A stretch of DNA of 63,940 nt, filler included, from Craspedostauros australis (taxonomy: Eukaryota), in the NCBI GenBank assembly GCA_030167865.1. It is 6 parts of 6 records of this genome, joined end to end, with 100 filler letters (N's around TTAATTAATTAA, not from the genome) between each part and the next. Parts side by side here need not be neighbours in the genome. Positions count along the whole stretch, not along the records: positions 1 to 15,766 come from JALAGF010002846.1; 5 more parts are not named here. One strand, written 5' to 3'. The notes under the pieces were generated by a model. The model saw only the letters and a program-made list of their open reading frames with translations, was not told where the DNA came from and made no database searches. The translations under genes and the position numbers were made by a program. Below, one piece after another: positions 1 through 10,200 of the stretch (its first letter is position 1; every line of letters starts with the position of its first letter).

Positions 1-100
1 CTGTTTGTTGGTCTGTTTCCATTTCATCAATCGTGACGTGGCAAGAGCTTTGCTTAGTCGATCTAGTCAGTTGAGCCAAGTGGCATGTCCCGTGAAACAA

Positions 101-283
101 ATCGAATGACTTCTAAATAAATCGAATGACGTCTAAATATATCTAATGACGACTATTTATTTCTAATGACGNNNNNNNNNNNNNNNNNNNNNNNNNNNNN
201 NNNNNNNNNNNNNNNNNNNNNNNNNNNNNNNNNNNNNNNNNNNNNNNNNNNNCTATTTAATTCGAATGACGTCTAAATAAATC
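101..283. repeat. ~20-bp AT-rich tandem repeat (consensus ATCGAATGACGTCTAAATAA) spanning an N gap
   Basis: Units atcgaatgacttctaaataa / atcgaatgacgtctaaatat / atctaatgacgactatttat / ttctaatgacg before the gap (172-252), and ttcgaatgacgtctaaataa after it. Confidence 0.85.
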
Positions 284-842
284 AAGGGTTTGGTGTTGGC
301 ACGATTGCTCGGGATTTAACCAAGGCAAACTTAGCGAGGGTCATTCTCGGAGTTTCTTCCCATGTGCCCCATAAATGAAATTGGCGTCTGTGACCCGCAA
401 AGAGTTCCCGAGAACACCAGTTTGAATCGAGAACTTTCTTCTCGGGAAAACAGTTGTCATCGCCAATACAGAAAGCTCTGATTGGCTGGGTCAGTCACAT
501 CGCAGATTGACTAATTCGACCCATTTTGCCGGGTGTCCCAGAAGTTGAAGAGAACACGTTGTGATCACAGTTGTAGTAGTACTGCTTTGGATCCACGCAT
601 TTTTGATCGCAGGCTTCGTCGGCTTTGGGAACGCTCTGGCGACAGGCAGAAGAACATTCGATCGGAACAGTCTCCCAAGTCCAAACAGAGCAAGGTTGGA
701 GAAAGAAGTCGGGAACACATCATCTCTTTTTACTCACAAATCGGAGATGCACATAACCCCTCCCAACCACCACAAGAGAGCAAATCCGAAGTCCACGCGA
801 AAGCCAAGAAACAAATAAGATCGGCATACTCCTCCCAACACC

Positions 843-3800
843 ATGACGAAAGATAGCAACCTCAGAAGTGATGCCAACGATGCCAACGGTGGCGTCGCAC
901 TCCCTTACTCTGGCGAGGAGCAAGCGTTCGGCGGGGAAGAGCGAAATGGCGACGATGATCTTCACCCAGTGCAAGCGGCGGTGCGAACGATGGCAGGGCT
1001 TAGTGTGCCCGATGCCGATGCCGACGTCGGCACCAGCAACGGAAACGGAAACACCACAGGAGACAGCACCATGGGAGATGGTCGCAGTCCCCCAACACAA
1101 GAGTCTTCCGATGTCACTGCAAGCGCTGATGGCGTCGCAGGAATCGCAACGGCTTTCGCTGGCACCTCCGCAAACATAGGCGAATTTCACACCATTTCCC
1201 CCACTTGTGCCATCACCGCAACTGCGACCAGCCATGCTGACATCTCGTCACACATCACCAACCACAACGACGAGATTGGCCACGCCGCATCCAGCAACCT
1301 GCGACGCAACGCAGCACCCGCAGCAAACCTGGAAACAGTGCGCTCGGTGGCATTATCTAACGATGAGAATACCCAGACAGGATCAGACTGTCTCGAATCA
1401 GCACTGCCGGCGAGAACAGGGGAGACGAGGTTGGCCAATTCGTGCTCCACCAAACCCAGCACGAAATTTGGTCGCAGGTTCCAGCGCAAACGGGCAGCTG
1501 CAAAGACCGATGGCAATCTTGACGGAGCCAAGGCTGTCTTGACGCCGATGCGCGTTCAAACGATAGCAGCAGGATCCATGCAACAAATGCCACTGAAGGC
1601 TGACGCCAAAGCAGACGAAGTGAGCGACATGAGCGACACTGCAGATGGCAAATGGAATAGACAGGTCTCGACGATGCTAGATCGCCTGGAACAAGGAGAA
1701 TGTCAAACGAGGTCTGGTGACTCTTCCCTGGACATGGCAGATACGCGCATCGGACTTCCGAATGAAGAGCGGCCGGAACATCAACATCGCCAGCAAGCAA
1801 CGCAACAAGCCAGAACAACAATGCATGGAGCCGTCCACGTTATGCCGTCAACCATGTCCGTCGCACCAGCAGTGCCCTCGTCACCAGCGGTGCCACCTTT
1901 GTCGTTGCCGACACCATCTGCACCGACCGACGGAAATGCAGGATTGCAGCCACCGCCAAGACCTGTCGTTGCGGAGCTGGCACGAGTCCAAGAAGACCTG
2001 GACGTTTTGGTGAACGAGCAGCTCCAACGTGAATACGACGAACACATGGAAAAAGACCTTCGCGAACGAATTATTGCGCAACATGGTATTGCTGATGCAG
2101 AACCAGTCTCCGAGGTTGCTGTCATTGAGACGCAGCTCGAAACAGAGGCAAAGCGCAAGAGACAGTGCATAATTCTGTCCGTGGCACTGTGCGTCATCGT
2201 GGCAACGATCGCCATCGCCGTGGGAGTGCTGGTGCCACAAACCAGCACCGGCACAAAAACACTCAGGATTACCAATTCTCCAACCATGTGGCCAAGCCTG
2301 GCACCCTCCATCTCGGTATCACCGTCGCTCTCACCTTCAACGTCAACCTCCCCATCAGTCACACCAACCAACTCGCTGGTGCCATCGGTTTCTCCATCCG
2401 AATCGATGGCGCCATCGACTGCACCGACTTTGTCCACCGCACCGTCCACATTGCCTTCTGCTTTGCCATCCGTACAGCCAAGCAATGTACCTTCCATGTC
2501 TGCGTCGCCAACGATCGACCCGCTCTTCCTGCAATACATCGACATCCTTGCGCCGATCTTGCAGGCAGAGCCAAGCCTCACCAATCGGTCTGTCTTCGAG
2601 GACCCAACCAGCCCTGAATCTCAAGCGATACGTTGGCTGGCGGAGAACCACGAAATCTCAGGCTCGGACCAGCAGACGTTCAGCAATGCCAGAAGTCAAA
2701 CATTGGCCCACCACGACAATGGCGATGTCACAAGCCCCCGCAACGAAAGTGCTCTCAACATAGATGCATCCGATCTCAACCAGCTCCTGGAAAAGTATGT
2801 GCTTGTGCTGCTATACTTCAAGATGAACAACAAAAGATGGGCTTCCCTCTACGACTACCTTGAGCCACACCTCCATCACTGCCAATGGCATAAGCCTGGC
2901 GAGTCGTCAGGCATCTTCTGCAATGAAGATTTTGAAGTGATCACGATTTCGTTGGGCGACCATTTCATCAGTGGGACCATACCAGATGAACTGTATTTCC
3001 TTACGAATTTGCAGATCATGGATTTTGGTTCATGCACCTACATCGACGGCACGATCTCGACCCATATCGGGCGCTTGACTAACCTGTTGGAGGTGGGGTT
3101 GGAATTGACAACGATGCACGGAGAGTTTCCAAGCGAGATTGGACTGCTGACCGGGCTGAAATCTTGGCAGTCTTACTACTCCTATTTTAGTGGGAGCCTA
3201 CCAACCGAAATCGGAAATATGACCAGCCTTGAATATTTAGATGTGACGGAAACAGTCATGACCGGGTCTCTCCCAACCGAACTTGGGAACTTGGTCAACC
3301 TGGAGTACGCCTACATGTACGACAATTCATTCGCTGGCCTTCTCCCAACGGAGATAGGCTCGATGGAGAGTCTGGAGGTGTTCTACGTCGAGAACTGTCA
3401 ATTCCATGGACATATCCCATCCGAGGTTGGCCAGCTGGCCAATCTACGAAAATTGTACCTCCATGGCAACAAGCACCTCAACGGCACTCTTCCATCAGAA
3501 ATATCCAATCTCAGCAACCTCGAGGAGCTCTCCATCGGTGGCACAAGCATCGTCGGCAACCTGGACCCAATCCTCTGCCTTGCGGACAATATGCCAGACT
3601 ACATCTGGGCGGACTGCGCTTCACCGCCTGGAGACAGCGTTCTCTCACAAGTCACATGCTCGTGCTGCAGCGAATGCTGTTACACCGACGATCATTCTGG
3701 AGATGTGGAGTGCGAAGAGAAGAGTAACCCAGCGCACACCATGTGCTACAACAACGAATGCACATCATGCGGCAACGAGCGATTTGTTTCGTCATGCGCT

Positions 3801-3959
3801 GGTTGCATCGATCGCAACATTTCGTCGTTGGGGATACCGCCAAAGTGGATTGATTTTGATGCGCTGACGAGCATGGAGCTCTGTTCCGGATCATGCGTGT
3901 TGGAGGAGACATCTGGGATGTGCAAGACAAGAAACTTCACAGCCAGTCATCTTGGATGA
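843..3959 (+). CDS. Type II membrane leucine-rich-repeat receptor-like protein (no kinase domain)
   Basis: 1038-aa ORF: low-complexity N-terminus, single TM (CIILSVALCVIVATIAIAVGVLV), PS/T-rich stalk (PSLAPSISVSPS...), N-cap (SPESQAIRWL, LLEKYVLVLLYF), plant-type LRRs (SGSLPTEIGNMTSLEYLDV), Cys cap (ADC...VTCSCCSEC). Confidence 0.93.
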   Translation: MTKDSNLRSDANDANGGVALPYSGEEQAFGGEERNGDDDLHPVQAAVRTMAGLSVPDADADVGTSNGNGNTTGDSTMGDGRSPPTQESSDVTASADGVAGIATAFAGTSANIGEFHTISPTCAITATATSHADISSHITNHNDEIGHAASSNLRRNAAPAANLETVRSVALSNDENTQTGSDCLESALPARTGETRLANSCSTKPSTKFGRRFQRKRAAAKTDGNLDGAKAVLTPMRVQTIAAGSMQQMPLKADAKADEVSDMSDTADGKWNRQVSTMLDRLEQGECQTRSGDSSLDMADTRIGLPNEERPEHQHRQQATQQARTTMHGAVHVMPSTMSVAPAVPSSPAVPPLSLPTPSAPTDGNAGLQPPPRPVVAELARVQEDLDVLVNEQLQREYDEHMEKDLRERIIAQHGIADAEPVSEVAVIETQLETEAKRKRQCIILSVALCVIVATIAIAVGVLVPQTSTGTKTLRITNSPTMWPSLAPSISVSPSLSPSTSTSPSVTPTNSLVPSVSPSESMAPSTAPTLSTAPSTLPSALPSVQPSNVPSMSASPTIDPLFLQYIDILAPILQAEPSLTNRSVFEDPTSPESQAIRWLAENHEISGSDQQTFSNARSQTLAHHDNGDVTSPRNESALNIDASDLNQLLEKYVLVLLYFKMNNKRWASLYDYLEPHLHHCQWHKPGESSGIFCNEDFEVITISLGDHFISGTIPDELYFLTNLQIMDFGSCTYIDGTISTHIGRLTNLLEVGLELTTMHGEFPSEIGLLTGLKSWQSYYSYFSGSLPTEIGNMTSLEYLDVTETVMTGSLPTELGNLVNLEYAYMYDNSFAGLLPTEIGSMESLEVFYVENCQFHGHIPSEVGQLANLRKLYLHGNKHLNGTLPSEISNLSNLEELSIGGTSIVGNLDPILCLADNMPDYIWADCASPPGDSVLSQVTCSCCSECCYTDDHSGDVECEEKSNPAHTMCYNNECTSCGNERFVSSCAGCIDRNISSLGIPPKWIDFDALTSMELCSGSCVLEETSGMCKTRNFTASHLG

Positions 3960-5031
3960 TAAGAATACGAGTCGAGAGGAACGTCTCCCAATGTGACGGG
4001 CGGTGGAGTTGATCTGGTGAGCATCTTATTCGCAAGTTGCTCGCACATAACCAATAACTCCAGATCTTGTGTAAATAGTATCTTGTCGGCGAATTGGCTG
4101 ATGGCATCACCAATGCCCCAGACAAACACGCCAGCACACCTCTTCTGCTTGCTGGTGTACAGATGGCCGTGCCATCGGATGTACATGCGGTCGAGTGCGC
4201 CCTTCGCTCCCGTCACATGTGCATGTCCAACAAGTACCAACTATGCTAACCAGATGGTGCGTTCTTTGCCGCAAAAGCGTGGACATGCACTTGTAATGGT
4301 TGTATTGGAGTTGCATCGCCTGCTTGATGTGGCTCACGGCCATCATGCTGCTTCGGCTCTGCCTCGCGATGAGCGTCCGCAGCCACTGCATCATTTGCTA
4401 TGGCAGACGAGAGGTTGGAGATGAGGGCCCATGATCTGTCAAAAGTGGGGAATGCGCGATGCGCTCCAACAGTCCGCGCTTCTTCGTCGAGGTCGAGGAA
4501 TGCCCGTCACGATTGGAGGCACGTCGTCGAGTGAGTTCATCGTGACGTGATGTAACGTCCCCAAACGGCGGAATCTGCTTCATTCATTTATCCACGACTC
4601 CGTATCTTGTTCTCACAGAAAAGGATCCTGTCTCTTCTGCGCTTGCGCGAGTATCTCCGAAGAACTCCAACGGCAGCGACGACAGCGGTGTTGAACGGTT
4701 GTTGGCAGCAGCAGCGTCGATGGACATGCATTGAGGGACACCATTCCTCATCTCTGCACGTCTCCGGTTGTCAAGGATCTTATGGACTCTGGTCAGGCCT
4801 GGTCTCTCTGGCGACGCAAGGAATGAATGCAGCAACTGCATCATGGATGGAAGATGAAGGATGAAGGGAACAGCACATGCAAATAACGTAATGCCACAGA
4901 CACAGACATCGACATCGACACCGACAACAACGAAGACAAAGATACATCGACGCAAAAGAGACGGATAGATTCAAAGCCACAGTAGAGTATTGGTCGAGCG
5001 TTGCACCATTCTCTCTCTCTTCCTCTCACTG

Positions 5032-5067
5032 TCAACGCAACGCAACGCAACGCAACGCAACGCAACG
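5032..5067. repeat. (CAACG)n microsatellite upstream of the K+ channel gene
   Basis: Seven tandem caacg units read directly. Confidence 0.85.
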
Positions 5068-5123
5068 CCCACCAACAACAGCCAACCTGCAGACACTCGT
5101 GTGAATACGGGCCTGGCTGAAAC

Positions 5124-6804
5124 ATGACGGAGTCATCACCGTTGATGCACAGTGCCAAGCTCACGAACTCGTTAGAGGCTGCGCAGGGCTGTCTACCAAG
5201 TTCGCCGAGGACAGGGAAGATCGTTGACCAATCATGGCCGTCACATGAGCACCACCGCAGCAACGACTTCGACGGCAACACCTGTATCGCTGGATATGAT
5301 GGCGGCGAAGACGAGGCAATCTCAGCATCACAAACACAACGATCATCATGTGCAAGGGAAGAGCAACGGCAGATGCGGCGCCACTTCGGGTGGAAGATCC
5401 GTCGGCGTTGCTTCCTCATCCTCACAGAGCCCGATGCCTCCATCGCGTCGCGTCTCGCTTTCGGCTTCATCATCGTCGTCATCACGGCCAGCAACATTAT
5501 CAACGTGATACAGACCATGTCAATGTACCAGTCAACTCCTGCATCATGTGCTTTCTGTAATGCGTTCGGGAGCACAGCATTCACTGTAACTCCAGAACGA
5601 ATGACGACGACCATGGCTGCGGCCGATGATGCCGACGGGTCACAGTATCCCTGCGTCTGTCCACCGGTACCACTGCCATGGACGGATCAACTGCTGCATC
5701 ATCTGATGGTCATCTTGGCGATCGAGTGGATCCTCCGGGTGCTCGTCTTCACGATGGAAGCACCAGCGCAATCGGCTCGTGAAGCGATCACACAGTGGCT
5801 CAGCTTTCTCTTCATCAATCCCAACACCATTCTGGACGCGCTGGCGACGTTTCCGTACTTCCTCGAAACAATCGATACAAATGGGCTCGTTTCGCTGCGT
5901 CTGCTGCGGCTCTTCCGCATCCTGCAGGTTTTCCGTCTCAGCCAGTACCACAGGACATTCCAAAGCCTCGTGAACGTGCTGCACAAGAGCGTTCCCTACT
6001 TGCAGCTGCTGCTGATGGTGCTTGTATTTGGTGCCATGGTGTTTGGATCCATCCTCTATTGGTTGGAGCGCGGAACGTGGAAGTACCACGAACCATCCCA
6101 AACGTACCAATACGTCCGCATCGCGGTCGATGGCATCAGCGAAGAGATCAGTCCCTTTCGGTCCATCCCAGCCGCGTTTTGGTGGTTCATCGTGACATCC
6201 ACGACGGTTGGATACGGAGGTACGTTGATCATGAGCTAATGCCGTGTGACAGAGTGTGGCGGAGTCAAAGGGGTTCGATTGGACAGCAGCGCACGTTGCT
6301 GGGTTGTATCGTGTCTACGTCAGGTCTACGTCATGCCTGCACCGTGTCGTTCCACTCTCTCAACCCGTCCATCGTACTCATTTACATTGCTTTCAACCAC
6401 TCGATCACACAAACGATCAACGACGAAGAGCAGACTACTACCCAACGTCATCCATGGGCCAATGGTGCTCCTGTGTGGCGATGTTGCTGGGCGTGCTGGT
6501 GATCGCATTTCCCGTGTCTGTGTTCTCCGATTTGTGGTCGGAAGAGATCAACAGTGAACCCGACGTTACGCCACACGATGCAAACAGACGCATGCTCGAC
6601 GCCACACAGTCACTTGATTCAAGTCACTCAAACCGTTCAAGCCCTCAAGCAAATCGTGGTGGATCCATTTCTTTGATGATGGATGTGGACGATGTGCGCG
6701 AGTTACAGGCTGTCTTGCAAACTCTCCAAGCAAATGAACAACGACTCCGTACTATCCTGCAGAAGTATGAAGCGGGCAGCACGCCACGAGGGGCAATCCC
6801 ATGA
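5124..6804 (+). CDS. Voltage-gated K+ channel (Kv, 6TM); exons 5124-6219 and 6434-6804, ~488 aa
   Basis: S4 (SLRLLRLFRILQVFRL), pore helix AFWWFIVTSTTVGYG. A GTACGT...CAG intron (6220-6433) restores TVGYGDYYP and S6 (LLGVLVIAFPV). Confidence 0.93.
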
Positions 6805-7266
6805 TGCATGGCACACATGCGAGCGCACCATACGCTGTGCCGTACCGTGTCATGCCGTACGACGATACCGCCGGTCTGAAACTAACGTGCAAAGCCATCA
6901 TGCTCGCACAAGTACGACGACGCGTGATTGCCAGGGACACCACTACGCTGGATTATGGACCATCACGATCGCCAACAAAGCCCAGCGCATAGTACGGGAG
7001 TACGACTATGCGTTGCTATGCTATGCTGGCACAATACTCGTTGTTCCAACTTGATCCTGCCGGTAGAAGAGAAAACGGCCTGGAGACATTCATTTCCACT
7101 CGAGTTGCTAAGGGATCTCGAGTGGTTTGATGGCGAATAATCTTGATAGCACGGATTGTAATCTCATCTTGCGCAAAGAGCTTGTGTTGCCCCGCCTTAT
7201 CCTATGTCGCCTCCCACAGTACACCCAACGACATTTGTGACACCGTATCATGGAGTCACTGTGGGA

Positions 7267-10200
7267 TCATGTTGCTGGGCTGTTGCTCTTCGCATCAACC
7301 GATACCGAGTGCTGGATGTCTGTGATATTCCGCCCGGCCGGATCTCCAAATCCAAAGAAGTGGATGGCGATGCGATGGCCAGCTTCGCCACCGGCAAACC
7401 CAGGCGAGTCCGTTGCTGCCGGAATTGACACTTCGACGTCGCAATGGGTGCCTGCTTCCTGATCCTCCTGGTGCTGTCGTGATTGTTCTCTCGTCGTTGT
7501 ATTCAAACATTGCCATCCTGTGGCACAGCTTCCCTGAGCTATGGATACCGAGAAGTACACTTGTGTATGTTGGAGCCGTGAAATGGCTTCGTTTGCAAGC
7601 GATGGGAGGCAGATGGCGTTCGATACCGTTGATACAAGTGCCATGATGGACGCATCTTGCTCTCCAAGCATGGCTGGTTCGTATTCGTAGAAGTAGGTCT
7701 TCCACAATCGAAACTCACCCAATGCATCACGTCCACTACCATCCGTTTCCTCTTTGTCACTGATGTTGCTGCCGATGCTGTGATTGCGCCAGTCTCCGTT
7801 GCAGCTTTCCAACATCGATTGGCCAGGATTTTCCGAGGACCTTGCATCTTCAGCGTTCGTCGCTTCAATGTGCAGGGAGCTCGTGTTCAGAGTGACCTGG
7901 ACATCGTCGCTGTGGACGTCCAATGGCATTGCTCCGATACAGCTGTGGCCATCATACACACCGACATCAAGTTGGAACGGCAGCCCAAAGCTCCGTACTA
8001 CCGCATGGTACGTCTTGCCCTTCACTGCGTACCACGAGACTGTGTTATGTAGTCCGCATGCCACAGACTCAACTGATGATAGGGGATGCAAGCCATCACA
8101 GTCGGTGAGATTCGAAGGTGGCGTGACGATCGATGGCTCATGGATCAACACGTTCGTGGTTGACGGTGTTGCCGTTGATGCTGCCACTGATAAAGATGTA
8201 TAACACGTTGAGGCAAACATCGGTTGCCCAACACCCTTGATCTCGTACCACACAGCTGGGCTGGAATCGAACAAGTACCTTTCAAATTCAATTTCCTGGG
8301 GCTGGGCACCTTCGGTTGTGCCTTCTATCGTCACTGTGCGGTATGCTCCATCCTCCAATGGTGGTTGAACATCGATCCATGTGGCCCAGTTGCATCGCTC
8401 GTTGGAAGGCGCAACGCGGAAGTCGACCACGCCGTAGTCTTTTTCGACATCATAGCCCGCGATTCGGATAAAGTACAGCGCATCCTTCCTAGATTTCCAT
8501 CGCATGTAGCCTCCTCGAGTTTGTGCGATGGGGTTGAATAAAGGATTCTTGCTCAGAATGGCATCGTGACATGTGCTCACCACAATGCTTACTTCCTCAT
8601 TCCCACTCACATCCCCATCCATCGAGTCTGCACATGCCAATGAATGGCACTCGTCACCAGTGTAGAGCGACAGTCTGGTGGGAAACTGTGTGTATAAGGA
8701 GCACGTGGACGCAACCAGCTCATAACCGTTTCCAAGCACAGTGAACCATGCGTCGCGCCCATTTGCTGGTCGATGAATGATGCCATTCACGGTCGTGCCA
8801 TCACCCACACTGTCTCCCCAGGTGGCATGGCCATCGCCGCCATAGCTGTTGCTGCCGTTGCCACTGTTGTTAGTGTTGCTGTTGTGATGACAATGTGAAG
8901 AGCTGTACAAGTGAGGATTCGTGCTGTAGTCTTGCGGATCTGTTGCAAAGCTTGACCCGTCAACAGAGGAACTCGATGTGGCGCTTCTCGTTGTGAAGTG
9001 TCGAGAGTTCCCATCCAGTGGGACAGGACCGATCGCTGACTGGCAATTGTCATTGAGAACGACAGGCTCAACGGTCAAAGCGAAGCTCTTCACATCATTG
9101 TTGGTGTTGTTTCCATCAGTACTGTTTGGCTCAGTGGAGTACTTCGCAAAGGACTGACCAGAGCGGGCATCGGCTTCCGCTGCCATTGCTGTTGGATCCT
9201 GTAGTACGTGCATCTGAACCATCAACCGGTACGTTTCGCCGGCGATTGACTGCCATGTGGTTGACATGTGACCTTGGCATGGTATTTCGGTTACTTCGTT
9301 CCGTGATAGGCACTGTAGATCATTGCACGAGTCGGTGGTTGTAGCGAGGACCGTGATGGCGGTGGCTGTGGATTCATCTCGCTTGGATCCAGGGTGGCAG
9401 GTGGAAGCAGTCATCCGTTGCCCATCTCCGACCAGCGAGTACCAGAACAGCCGGTAAGACGATTGTGAGTCTGCACCATCAGCCGATTCGCTGAGACACG
9501 GAATGCCAGCAGCTTCACTTTGGCTGCCGGGTGTGCCTGTGACGGAAGATAAGACATCTCGGGATGTGCCGATCACAGCGGTGTCATCGATGGGCATGGG
9601 TCGAGATTTTTCGCATGTTGTTGCTGCACCCAAGGCTGGCTCCACCTCATCTAACGAAACAACAACGGTAGCATCCACCCCAGAAGACTTGGGGATGGGC
9701 ATGTGGGCTGTGATTGGGCAGGGCGGGATTAAATTGCGTTTCAATGCATTCCATTGAACAGAAGCGAGGATTGAGTGGGCTTGATCGCAAATGCAAGCAT
9801 CACAGCACCCAGTCCTTGATGACGGCATTCACTCTTCGTTGCACTTTGACAAGCGACTCACCAAGAACATGATATCCAACACCAGACTCTGCGAACCATT
9901 CCACAGTACTGCAGCTGGTCGAGGTCGCATCATCCAACACCGAAGCTGTGACATTGAAGGTCTGCGATCGGTCGTCGTTGGCATCGATGCAACGCAAGTT
10001 TGCGCATCGGCCAGTCAGGATACTGATGCGCGTATCGACGCCTGTTCCAAGGTTGCAGGTCGAAGCTCGAAGCACGGTCCCCATCCCTGTGGTATTGAAC
10101 CATGCCCCGCGGTAGATGGATATTGCTTCTCCTTTCGTTTCGATGATGGCATCGTTCCCACAAGATGCGACCGGGTCAACCTCCGTGGTGAGACCGAACA

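Noticed and set aside
101..283. CRISPR array
   Set aside because: The units are contiguous with no unique spacers, there are no cas genes, and the context is eukaryotic.
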